A stretch of DNA of 24,171 nucleotides. Source: a virus (Duplodnaviria; Caudoviricetes). The position numbers were made by a program, and so were the translations under genes. Below the pieces are notes generated by a model, which did not search any database, was not told the origin of the DNA, and worked only from the letters and a program-made list of their open reading frames with translations. The stretch lies in IMG/VR virus record IMGVR_UViG_3300025296_000128, positions 1-24,171 of that record. One strand, written 5' to 3'. This document shows, one piece after another, positions 1-8,479 of the stretch; positions within the stretch are counted from its first letter, which is position 1, and each line of letters begins with the position of its first letter.

Positions 1-1745
1 CCGTCTGACTTGATGTGTTCACCGCCAGCAGCATCGTAGAAGTAGAGTTCCGCCCCAAGAGTCAAAACTAAGTCATCGGTATTCTCGTCCCAGAGCATAT
101 AAGTGCCAGTTGTGGCCCCGAAGAACTTAACGTCGTGGCCTGTGTCATCTACACCTACTGTGATAGTTCCTAGAGTGGTTAATGCTCCATCGGCAAGGGT
201 TAATAAATCTGTGTCGTCAGTGTGGCCTATCGTAGTTCCATTTATGAGTACGTTGTCGATATCCAATGACCCGCCAGATATCAGGCCAGTGGTTGTAAGC
301 GTATTAGAACCTAAGTCAACGGCAGCAGCAATAGAAAGTCCAGACGAATCGGTAACAACTCCATCAGTTATTACAGTGTTTCCGATAGTGAAGTCCGTAC
401 TCGCATCAATGGTCGTGCCTACAATCTCAGCAGCGGTAATAGCTGCTAAGGCATAACCTGTGCCGCCTGTATTTACTGTTGTTCCAGGCTCGGCTTCTAA
501 CGTGTCAAAGAATGTCCACGGGTCATTAGTCGCACTCAGGTCTCGGAATATACCTGCGTATTTAGCAGTACCCCCGACCCCATATTTACCGTAAATACCA
601 AAGTCTACTGCGTCTGCGCTAGTACCCTGGTCTTTAGCAAGCAGAAGCATAGAGTCAGCAATAGCGACGGTTGTTGAGACTACGGTTGTTGTTGTTCCAC
701 TAACAGTAAGGTCGCCGCCCACCACGAGTCCACCGGATACCGTGAAAGCCGAGGTGGTGAGGTTGGCGTGAGTTGTCCCGCCCAGGACAAAGTGCAGAGT
801 GTCCGATGCCCACCCGATACCCGTGTCCAGTTCGGCTTTGTCTGGGACAAGCGTTGGGTTGGTTGTCGTAGCCGCCTCGTTGACCAACGCTGGCCCTGCT
901 GCGTTCTCAGCCTCGATTCCGTTAGCCGTTACTTTGGCTTCGGCTGTACCGTCTATCTTGAAAATAACGCCTGCGGCATCAGCAGCGTCTATGACAATTT
1001 CACCATCAATATCTAGGGTGTAGTCACCTGCGGTGCCATCAGCGTCAACTGTGCTTACCGTAAAGGCACCGTTATCTGCCACAGCCATCTTGGTGTAATT
1101 AGTTGCAGGCGTGGTATCGGAGTGCATGAAAACGGCAGGGCCAGTTGTGTTAGCAGATTGCGCCCAGTCAGTTGCAATGCCGCCCACATCCGCGATATGC
1201 AGGTTCTGGTTAGCATTGGCTAACGCGAGAACCGTGGCATGGTTATCGGCATCGCCCGTTGACCAACGAAGAAGCGTGTCGCTACCAGTGCCAAGGGCAA
1301 CGTCTGACGCGTCCTGCACGATGATGTCCGCGGAGTGTGTTTGGATAGCACTGAACGTCTGTGCCAGGTTTATCTCAGCGACTGTGCCGGTGTTGTCAGG
1401 GAACGTGACCGTGCGCTCGGCAGTCGGCGTAGCCGTGAACAGCACATCGAAGTCGTTGTCGGGCTTGAACCGAAGGTCGCGGGCGACCATGCGCTGGACA
1501 ACTACCGCGTCATCGAACTTCCAGCGGAATACGGATGCGCCAGATGTTCCCTGCACGTCAGGGTTGGCCGAGGCACCCGTTGAACCAGGCACGTATGCAA
1601 GGTCGAAGCGCCCGTTGGAGTCGGACGTATCAGTAGCAAGCGCCGAGGATACCGTGTTGCGGGCGAAGGCAGATACGGCAACGTCCTGCAGCGCAGCGCC
1701 CGAGTCGTTGAAAACGTGGCCGGTGAGGGTAATACTAGAGGGCAT
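1..1745 (-). CDS. Tail fibre / receptor-binding protein, 3'-truncated by the window edge (>580 aa)
   Basis: Not in the ORF track because it has no stop in the window. ATG at 1745 follows AGGAG (MPSSITLTGHVFNDSGAALQDVAV...), and the frame reads open to position 3. The protein is rich in T/G/A/D/S with fibre-like segments (GGLVVGGDLTVSGTTTTVVSTTVAIADS; TITVGVDDTGHDVKFFGATTGTYMLWDE). It is the last gene of the tail module. Confidence 0.75.
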   Translation of the reverse strand, partial: MPSSITLTGHVFNDSGAALQDVAVSAFARNTVSSALATDTSDSNGRFDLAYVPGSTGASANPDVQGTSGASVFRWKFDDAVVVQRMVARDLRFKPDNDFDVLFTATPTAERTVTFPDNTGTVAEINLAQTFSAIQTHSADIIVQDASDVALGTGSDTLLRWSTGDADNHATVLALANANQNLHIADVGGIATDWAQSANTTGPAVFMHSDTTPATNYTKMAVADNGAFTVSTVDADGTAGDYTLDIDGEIVIDAADAAGVIFKIDGTAEAKVTANGIEAENAAGPALVNEAATTTNPTLVPDKAELDTGIGWASDTLHFVLGGTTHANLTTSAFTVSGGLVVGGDLTVSGTTTTVVSTTVAIADSMLLLAKDQGTSADAVDFGIYGKYGVGGTAKYAGIFRDLSATNDPWTFFDTLEAEPGTTVNTGGTGYALAAITAAEIVGTTIDASTDFTIGNTVITDGVVTDSSGLSIAAAVDLGSNTLTTTGLISGGSLDIDNVLINGTTIGHTDDTDLLTLADGALTTLGTITVGVDDTGHDVKFFGATTGTYMLWDENTDDLVLTLGAELYFYDAAGGEHIKSD

Positions 1746-1998
1746 CCAGGTCTCCTACCGGGGTGTAGCTGACTTCGCCACGTCCCCGTATCCAGTCTTG
1801 CGCCCTCTGGGCATCTTCGTTCACGGCGACAGCGTACAGCCTGCCGCGCACGTCGAAGCGCACCCAGTCCTCCGAGGACTGCGGATATTCTACCGTGAAG
1901 TTCACGTTCTCTCGTAAGCCGCGCTCGAACAGCGAGCGGTAGAAGCCGTACTCGCGCTCGGTGCCACCGCGTAGCTGCCAGTAATCAGGAGCTGCCAA
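1735..1998 (-). CDS. Small hypothetical protein (~87 aa)
   Basis: Track ORF 1735..2055. The start is re-called to the TTG at 1998 (LAAPDYWQLRGG...), which overlaps the stop of the upstream gene. It fills the gap between the nozzle-like gene and the fibre gene. Confidence 0.6.
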   Translation of the reverse strand: MAAPDYWQLRGGTEREYGFYRSLFERGLRENVNFTVEYPQSSEDWVRFDVRGRLYAVAVNEDAQRAQDWIRGRGEVSYTPVGDLDAL

Positions 1999-3937
1999 TG
2001 GCTTCCACCACCGTGACTTCGTACAGGAACTTGTCGGTGTAGCCAGTCCCCTCAAGCCCGCGCACGTTCCACATCTTCACCCACGCGTTCTCTTCGTTGT
2101 CCAGCTCGTCCCGGTAGCTGAAGTCGCTCAGGCCGCGCAGCGCAACCGTGGCCTCGATGAAATCCCGCTTCTCCCGCGCCGAGCGCCCGTAGCGGCCGTC
2201 AGTCGCATCAACGGTGAAGGTAAAGGCCCAGAGCGGGTCTAGTTCCTTGATGTAGTCCAGCGAGAGCTTGATAAGGTCAGGCGACGACGTGGCAGCCGCT
2301 CCGCGCCTGGCGTTCACGCGCGCGCGGATGGAATCGAACGGCACCCCTCGCTCGTCATCGACACCCAGCGGCAGCCGGTACTTCCGCTCGCCATTCTCAG
2401 CCTGCGTGGCAACCGTAACGAAGGCCGTGTCGCTGTCATCGAAGTTCAACGCGTACTGGAGCTGAAGGGTGTTCGAGTCGTTGCAGTCCTGCGCCTCCAG
2501 CCTGAACTGCAGCGCCGTCTTCGGCACCGCCTCCAGCCCGAAGAACGGGAAGTCGGTGTGTCCTGACGACGTGTAGTTCTGAGACGGTGTCTGCCGCGGG
2601 TTCACGATATCCGTGGGCAGGGCCGTGTAGTAGACGCGCTTGTTATGGCCCCACCAGAGGCGGTACTGGTCATCGGCATTGGATACGAGGAGGGCGTTGA
2701 TGCCCTTGCCCTGGGAGCCAGCGTCCCACTTCACCTCCCAGCCTTTTCCACCCTCCTGGCCGTTCCAGCCCATGATAGGTGAGACGCCAAGTTCCGATGC
2801 GAATACCGCCTGCCGCTGGCCTGACTTCAGGGTGGCACCAAATCCTTTGCCAGTGAACAGTTGCTGTTCCTGGTCGGCAGCACCCGATGAGTCCAGCCCG
2901 ATGATGAGGTCGTTGTGCGAGTCCGCCATCACCGCGATGGCCCCCCGCTGGTCGGTAGGCAGCCCGTCAACCAGGTCGGGGCCGACAAGTGATATCTGCG
3001 TTACCGGCCCCGGTGTTATCCGGTAGATAGCCAGACCCGCGTTGTAATAGATGGACTCCCTGCGGGCCACGGTGCCTGAGCCGTTGTCCGGGTGGAACGG
3101 AACCCGCAGACGGGTCTTGATGAACCGCTCGTTCTCGTTGTCGTAGACATACAGGCCGCGCAGTGTTGCCACGTACAGGGCGTCTTCGGGGTCGCCTGAC
3201 GGCTCCGGGCCGGTCAGCAGCCGCCTGGCGCTGTTGGCAGGCTCGGGAACCTGGGCATTGGTGGCCGTCCATCCGTCTGCACCTGAGCCAAGTGCCCGCG
3301 TGTAGAAGAGGTTGCCGGAAGAATCCAGCCCCCAGAGCAGGTCGCGCCACTCGGCAAGGAGCGAAATGTCCCGCGTGTCACGCGCCCACGTAGACCCGAC
3401 CTTGTAGTCCACCTCAGAGCCAGTGGCGAAGGCCATCGTCTCGGAGCCGTTGAGCAGCAGGTTGATGCTGTCCGTAGCAGAGTTTAGGAGTGCCCCGCCA
3501 ACAAGACCTGTTTCGGAAGTCCACGTATCCGCGGACGTGGAATACTTGTAGACCGCCGTGGCCTGTGCTACATAGACGGCACTTGCAAGCTCACTCAACT
3601 CATTCACGTCAGCGACCGCTGCGCTTGCCGTCTGCGTTACAAGTGATTGCAGCACGAGGTGGTCGCGGTGCCGCAGCGACATGTTGGAGTACCAGACCGA
3701 ATCGACCTGGCTGGCCTCCATCGTCTCGACACCTATGCCACCCCTGCGGTCGCGGAAGGTGACGGTGGAGATTACGGGGTTGAACTCGATGCCGATATCG
3801 CCTGTCGCCACCTTGGACGGGAAGCGACTGAAGAGCGACCGCATCACGCGGCCCTGTATCGGGAACAGGCGTCCGCCAAGCGATACCGTGTGCGCATCAA
3901 GCACACGCGCTCGTTCGGTAACGGGTGCGGTAGTCAT
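1985..3937 (-). CDS. Putative tail nozzle / stabilisation protein (podovirus tail tubular B / P22 gp10-like position), 650 aa
   Basis: Size, beta-strand-rich propeller-like repeats (LYVATLRGLYVYD, LWGLDSSGNLFYT) and position between the adaptor-like gene and the fibre. ATGA overlap with the upstream gene. Function is inferred from synteny. Confidence 0.55.
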   Translation of the reverse strand: MTTAPVTERARVLDAHTVSLGGRLFPIQGRVMRSLFSRFPSKVATGDIGIEFNPVISTVTFRDRRGGIGVETMEASQVDSVWYSNMSLRHRDHLVLQSLVTQTASAAVADVNELSELASAVYVAQATAVYKYSTSADTWTSETGLVGGALLNSATDSINLLLNGSETMAFATGSEVDYKVGSTWARDTRDISLLAEWRDLLWGLDSSGNLFYTRALGSGADGWTATNAQVPEPANSARRLLTGPEPSGDPEDALYVATLRGLYVYDNENERFIKTRLRVPFHPDNGSGTVARRESIYYNAGLAIYRITPGPVTQISLVGPDLVDGLPTDQRGAIAVMADSHNDLIIGLDSSGAADQEQQLFTGKGFGATLKSGQRQAVFASELGVSPIMGWNGQEGGKGWEVKWDAGSQGKGINALLVSNADDQYRLWWGHNKRVYYTALPTDIVNPRQTPSQNYTSSGHTDFPFFGLEAVPKTALQFRLEAQDCNDSNTLQLQYALNFDDSDTAFVTVATQAENGERKYRLPLGVDDERGVPFDSIRARVNARRGAAATSSPDLIKLSLDYIKELDPLWAFTFTVDATDGRYGRSAREKRDFIEATVALRGLSDFSYRDELDNEENAWVKMWNVRGLEGTGYTDKFLYEVTVVEAIGSS

Positions 3938-4239
3938 TCTCTACTCGTAAATGCCCACGTTATCGAGTCGCCGGTATCCGAGGCCCGAAACCAGAACGTG
4001 CTACGGCTTACAGAGGCGGGCCTGAAGTCCCTGCGCCACGGAGGCTCCCACGGTTCGAGCCGGTAGCCGAGGTTCGTATCGTTGGACGTGGTGATGGACG
4101 AGTCAGTGCCAACCACGACCACGCCATTGTTCATCGGGTGGGCACGGAACTCCGCTTCCAGCACGCGGTCGTTGTCGGTCGTAATCTGCGTCGCCGTCGT
4201 TACGGTGAACACGTGGGTGCCAACCTCGAAGCGGGCCAT
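3934..4239 (-). CDS. Small hypothetical virion-associated protein, 101 aa
   Basis: ATG is 3 nt after the upstream stop, and its own stop overlaps the next ATG. Beta-rich sequence. Confidence 0.65.
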   Translation of the reverse strand: MARFEVGTHVFTVTTATQITTDNDRVLEAEFRAHPMNNGVVVVGTDSSITTSNDTNLGYRLEPWEPPWRRDFRPASVSRSTFWFRASDTGDSITWAFTSRE

Positions 4240-4242
4240 GAG

Positions 4243-5526
4243 CTAGTTGGCGTCGCTCCAGACAACGCTTGGCCGCGGTGTCTCCATGCGTGCCAGCGTC
4301 ATCTGCGCACGCGCTTCCCGCCGGTCGGCTTCCAGCGCCGCTGCATCCCGCCGGTCGGCAGAGATATTCGTTCGTGCGCGCAGCATACGGGCAACCACGC
4401 TGTCGATGACGAAGTTGCTGTCCGCCTCGCAGATATCCGTGTCGCTGGAGAGCAGCGCAGGCACACGGCGGCCTGTGAGGCGTATCAGGCCAGCGTCGTA
4501 GCCGGGCACGGCAGACTTCTCGAACTCGATGCGCCGCTCGCCCGGCTCTATGTCCCAGAACCTGCGGTGAAGGCGCTTGTAGACCTGCGAGCCGTCACGC
4601 GACGCACGCACCCCGTCCAGCCACACGACGGTCGCTGACGACCCGCCCCAGTCCGAATCGCTCTTCAGCCCGAAAGTGGCAATCGCCGTATCGGACTCAG
4701 GGTTGTTGAGAGCCAGCGAGAACCACGTCCACGTGTCCGCGGTGAGCGCAGGCAGCGATAACTGCTCGGTGCTTGTGTCGTTCAGAAACAGGTCGAGTGT
4801 CGAAGCAGTGGTAGCCAGGTTCGTCTTGGCCCATCCCTCAAGATGCGTCATGCCCGAGAGGTCGATGGCCGTGAACGTATCGTTGATAACCTGCCCGGTA
4901 GAGAATCCGGCAGCAATCGTAATCTTGTTCGATGCCGACCCTTCCCTGAAGTCCTCCGTATCGGCAGCCACCGTCACGTTGGTCTGCGGGTTGGCCATCA
5001 CAGCGTCCAGGTTGCGAACGGTCTTCGACCTGAAGGCAGAGCGGCTCTCAACGCGCTGCACGCCAACCATGTCGCTTGGCAGCGGGAAGTTGTAGATGTC
5101 GCCGCCGAGATGGATGGACGAGTCGGTAACCGGCACGCTGCCCTTGCGGGTAACGTCGGCTATCGACTGGTTAATGAAGTCATGCACCATGATGGGCGAC
5201 ACGTCCGCATCCCACAGCTCGTAGCTGAAGGAAGTGTCCGTCTGGCTCGTGAACCCCACGCTGACGCGCAGCTCGCGGGCATCCGGGTCACTCTCGCTTA
5301 CGCGGCGTATCTCGCCCGAATCGGTAGCCCCGGTGGCCACTACCCATTTGCCACGGTGATTGTCGCGGGAGCCGAACGCGAGCGAGTTGTCGCGTATCGT
5401 GTTCACGCCACCCGTGTCGTCGGCAGTATGCGTGAGCGAGCCGTCAAACGTGTCGAGAGCACCAAGGGCGACACCGATAGACTGGCGTATCTGGAAGCGC
5501 TGGCGCTGCTGCGTCACCGGGGACAT
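4243..5526 (-). CDS. Putative head-tail adaptor / tail tubular A-like protein with an inserted beta-sandwich domain, 427 aa
   Basis: Adaptor-like segments (VHDFINQSIADV...YNFPLPSDMVGVQRVE; IRLTGRRVPALLSSDTD...VIDSVVARML) and position upstream of the nozzle-like gene. TAATG overlap with the HNH gene. Confidence 0.5.
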   Translation of the reverse strand: MSPVTQQRQRFQIRQSIGVALGALDTFDGSLTHTADDTGGVNTIRDNSLAFGSRDNHRGKWVVATGATDSGEIRRVSESDPDARELRVSVGFTSQTDTSFSYELWDADVSPIMVHDFINQSIADVTRKGSVPVTDSSIHLGGDIYNFPLPSDMVGVQRVESRSAFRSKTVRNLDAVMANPQTNVTVAADTEDFREGSASNKITIAAGFSTGQVINDTFTAIDLSGMTHLEGWAKTNLATTASTLDLFLNDTSTEQLSLPALTADTWTWFSLALNNPESDTAIATFGLKSDSDWGGSSATVVWLDGVRASRDGSQVYKRLHRRFWDIEPGERRIEFEKSAVPGYDAGLIRLTGRRVPALLSSDTDICEADSNFVIDSVVARMLRARTNISADRRDAAALEADRREARAQMTLARMETPRPSVVWSDAN

Positions 5527-5981
5527 TAGCTAAGCCACCCCCAGTTTGCCAGTTTGCGGGAAACGATATCGTCGTATTCTCTACCTAGCCGACGATGGCT
5601 ACGAGGAACAGCCGCTGCTTCCGTTCGGATAGCAAGCACTTGTTCGGGCGTTAACTTCGTGTGGGCTGCCGTTGCAGCTGAACCACGGCCCTTACGTTCT
5701 CTGTCTAGACAATTATCACTCTGGGTGCCCAGGCGAAGGTGCTTCGGGTTTACACAGCCGGGGTTGTCACACGTATGCATAACGATTTTGCCATGCAGTC
5801 GCTTCATATCGAATGGGGTGGCGCGATAGGCTGCCCACGCGACTCGGTGCGCCATCTCTTTCTTGCCATATACGGAGAGCGCGCCGTACCCACCGTACCG
5901 CTTCCCACCAAGCCACGGCCAGCAATCGTCCTCGCCTCGGCGCGCGACTTTCTCCCAGAATCGGGATCGTAATGACTTCAA
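5526..5981 (-). CDS. Free-standing HNH homing endonuclease (~151 aa)
   Basis: RFWEKV..CWPWLG..GYG..AHRVAW..VMHTCDNPGCVNPKHLRLGTQSDN..DRERKGR is the classic phage HNH_3-type pattern, followed by KLTPEQVLAIR. The start is re-called to TTG 5981 (TTGA overlap with the upstream stop, GGTGAGG upstream); the track gives 6119. Confidence 0.9.
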   Translation of the reverse strand: MKSLRSRFWEKVARRGEDDCWPWLGGKRYGGYGALSVYGKKEMAHRVAWAAYRATPFDMKRLHGKIVMHTCDNPGCVNPKHLRLGTQSDNCLDRERKGRGSAATAAHTKLTPEQVLAIRTEAAAVPRSHRRLGREYDDIVSRKLANWGWLS

Positions 5982-6391
5982 TCGAGCACCGGCCTCACCA
6001 CCAGCCCGGCTGGCCAGTAGTGGACCGCCCCGCCGCTCTCCGTGCCCCGTATGTCGCCGTGGAATACTATGGTGCTGTCTGAGGCCCACGCGTTCGATTG
6101 CGTGTCCGTAATCTGCCACCGGCAGCGGACGCCGAATCCAAGAGCGGCCGTCCCCATGAGGGTGGAGTCGGTGGCTTCGTCGGTGAGTATCAGGCTGGCG
6201 GACGAATCGGTGGAATCGCGCAGACTGAGGACAAACGTGCCGCCGCCAAGAGCGGCTGAGTCCGAGACGCCGTTCAGCGTCAACTCCGCTACGAGGTCGA
6301 AGTCCGACCCCTCTGGCACGCCGTTGGGGTCTCCCCAGACGCGCCGTGCGTCACGTGTATCAACCCGTATGCGGTGTTCCTGTGCGCTCAT
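5978..6391 (-). CDS. Hypothetical protein, possibly Ig-like structural protein, 137 aa
   Basis: Co-oriented ORF overlapping both neighbours, with an alternating beta-strand pattern. The fold is a guess. Confidence 0.6.
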   Translation of the reverse strand: MSAQEHRIRVDTRDARRVWGDPNGVPEGSDFDLVAELTLNGVSDSAALGGGTFVLSLRDSTDSSASLILTDEATDSTLMGTAALGFGVRCRWQITDTQSNAWASDSTIVFHGDIRGTESGGAVHYWPAGLVVRPVLD

Positions 6392-6794
6392 TGATTAGCG
6401 TCACTCCGTGGAACAGGGTTTTACCGTGGCTGGATGCCCGAACCTGCTTCATCCAGTTACGGATACGCTTCAGTTCCTTCGCGACATCCAACTTCAGGTG
6501 TTTCGGCCAACTGGCAGTATCTGACGCAAGTTTACCAGCCTGCTCCTGATGGCGGACAAACTCGCGCTCCATCGCACCTTCAAACCCGGCAAGCAGCATG
6601 TCCTCTATCTGCGCAGGCGAGGCATCGTCTTCGTGGATTATCTGGAACTGGAACTCGTTCCCGCACAGGCACTTGTAGGTGAACGGCTGGGCAAACGCCT
6701 TCAGGCCGTCTTCGCCCGTCTGCCCCAGGAACGTGGGCAGGCCAAGAGTCAGAGGTTCAGGAATCTTGAAATCCAGAGGCTCAATCATCGCCAC
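6360..6794 (-). CDS. Hypothetical protein with CxC motif, 144 aa
   Basis: AGGAG upstream of a GTG start, 14-nt overlap with the upstream gene. YKCLCGNEF is followed by a helical C-terminal half. Confidence 0.65.
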   Translation of the reverse strand: MAMIEPLDFKIPEPLTLGLPTFLGQTGEDGLKAFAQPFTYKCLCGNEFQFQIIHEDDASPAQIEDMLLAGFEGAMEREFVRHQEQAGKLASDTASWPKHLKLDVAKELKRIRNWMKQVRASSHGKTLFHGVTLINERTGTPHTG

Positions 6795-7743
6795 TGCTCT
6801 CCTGTGGGGCTACTGGCAACTCGCCACGATTGTAGGTATCGAACGGCCCGTCAGGTAGTTTCGTCTGCGGCGCTTCGCTCAACGAAACGTCCACGCCGCC
6901 AAGGTTGTGGTGCATGTTCTGCGCCTCACGCAACGCCGCAAACGACGAGTTGCACTGCTGGATAATCTGCTGAACCGTCGCGTACACGTCGTCCATGCGC
7001 TCCTGCGCTATGCCAACAGCCTCATCAGCCTTGTTGCTCTTGAATATCTCCCGCCATGCCTTCGTTTCCTGGTATGCCGCGATGCCCTCAATTAACTCGT
7101 CGCGCGATAGCTGATGCCCGGTTCGCCACTTCTCCACGCGCTGCTGCGACAGCGTTAGCAGGTCGTCTGCCACGACCTCGCGGGCATAGAGCGCGCCCTT
7201 CAGCAGGCCGCTGGTCTCCGGCACCCAGACCTTGATACCGCGGGCACGCGCCTCACCCAGCCAGTATTCCATGCACGCCTTCTGATGGTAATACTCGTTG
7301 AGCGTTGTCAGGTTGATGCCAAAGACCTTTATCTCGCCAACACGCTCACCGGCATCATGCTGCATGAGGATGAGGCCCATGATGTACGCCATCGTGGACG
7401 TGAAGTAGCTGATGCCAAAGTGGCTAACAACCTCCTGCAGCGGGAAGCGCACACTGTGCGGGATATCGGGGTGCTCTTGCCGCATGTAGACAGGTATCTC
7501 AAGCGCCTTCAGGTACTCAAGGTGCTCGGGCGAGCGACCGAACGAGCCGTCGGGGAAGCCCTTCTCCCAGTGCCAGTCGGACGGGTGCAACTGGAACCAC
7601 ATGGCCGCAGGCTTCGCCAGGAACTGGTGGGCGTTGTTGATAGCCAGTATCTCCGTGGAGTCGGGTTCGTCGTTGATACCCGCCCGCGAGTCCGGCGAGA
7701 AGCCCGCTATCGCGACGACCCGCTTGCGCTTACGCCGAGCCAT
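6781..7743 (-). CDS. Putative nonulosonate/sialyltransferase-like protein (Maf / GT42 Cst-II-like motifs) with C-terminal coiled coil, 320 aa
   Basis: GGGAGG precedes the ATG. The motif order VVAIAGFSP..EILAINNA..YFTSTMAYIMGL..EIKVFGINL..EY parallels the IIAGNGPS..VFRCN..TSG.Y...A...GYKEIYL.GIDF pattern of Cst-II/Maf-type transferases. It lies directly downstream of neuA. The CDS is secure; the function is inferred. Confidence 0.55.
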   Translation of the reverse strand: MARRKRKRVVAIAGFSPDSRAGINDEPDSTEILAINNAHQFLAKPAAMWFQLHPSDWHWEKGFPDGSFGRSPEHLEYLKALEIPVYMRQEHPDIPHSVRFPLQEVVSHFGISYFTSTMAYIMGLILMQHDAGERVGEIKVFGINLTTLNEYYHQKACMEYWLGEARARGIKVWVPETSGLLKGALYAREVVADDLLTLSQQRVEKWRTGHQLSRDELIEGIAAYQETKAWREIFKSNKADEAVGIAQERMDDVYATVQQIIQQCNSSFAALREAQNMHHNLGGVDVSLSEAPQTKLPDGPFDTYNRGELPVAPQESSGDD

Positions 7744-8479
7744 CGGAGCCTCCCTTCCGAACAGGGGGGAGGAGGTCAGGGTCTTCAGCTACGAGCATCT
7801 CTGCAGCCTTCCAGTCATGCTCGTCATTGATGTCGAAGCCCTCATGGCCCTCCGTAAAGAACGGAGCCACAACCTCCCCTGCCTGGTTGCCATACCTCTT
7901 TATGGTATCTGTCCATGCAATTTCCATAGATGCGTTCTGCACCCATACCTCTGGCAGCGCGGCCATCTGGCTGCTGTGCCACGGATACTCCGGCTGCAAC
8001 AGCAGCGGTGCAATCAGGTTGGTCTGCGGATAGTGCAGCCACATCTTGCCGGGGTGCTGTTTCACCCGTTCCACCGCCCGCAGGCTGTCTATGGCCCTGC
8101 CAGCCTCGGAAAACTCCGCGTATGCGCGGCGGATAGTGTCGGCCGTGCGAAATGGCGACGTGGGTCGCAAGAGAGCAAAGGCATCGAAAGACGCCGAAGC
8201 TCCTATGGCATGTCGGAGCCATTCAATATCAGGCGAAGTGTCGGTTGCGTACTCCTCTGGCCGCTTGATAGTGGTGGCACCGTAGTCTCTAGCTATCTTC
8301 AGGATTTCGTCGCTGTCGGACGAAACGACGATGTCCTTGAATAAGCCACTCTCGTCTGCGGCCTGAATCGTCCACGCCATGAGCGGCTTGCCGCCAAGCA
8401 GCCGGATATTTTTGTCCTTAACCCTCTTGGACTCGGCCCTCGCTGGAATAAGGGCAACGCAGTTAAACGCCTCAGTCAC
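7730..8479 (-). CDS. neuA: Acylneuraminate cytidylyltransferase (CMP-nonulosonate synthetase), 249 aa
   Basis: ALIPARAESKRVKDKNIRLLGGKPLMAWTI, IVVSSDS, LLRPTSPFR and FDINDEHD are CTP_transf_3/NeuA family motifs. Confidence 0.93.
   Translation of the reverse strand: MTEAFNCVALIPARAESKRVKDKNIRLLGGKPLMAWTIQAADESGLFKDIVVSSDSDEILKIARDYGATTIKRPEEYATDTSPDIEWLRHAIGASASFDAFALLRPTSPFRTADTIRRAYAEFSEAGRAIDSLRAVERVKQHPGKMWLHYPQTNLIAPLLLQPEYPWHSSQMAALPEVWVQNASMEIAWTDTIKRYGNQAGEVVAPFFTEGHEGFDINDEHDWKAAEMLVAEDPDLLPPVRKGGSDGSA

Noticed and set aside
1111-1917. 268-aa plus-strand ORF, and 103..456 and 799..1023
   Set aside because: Antisense shadows of the tail fibre frame, with no RBS or family motifs.
5982-6119. 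N-terminal extension of the HNH ORF to ATG 6119
   Set aside because: It overlaps the 137-aa gene by ~140 nt and looks like off-frame sequence. The TTGA junction gives a cleaner start.
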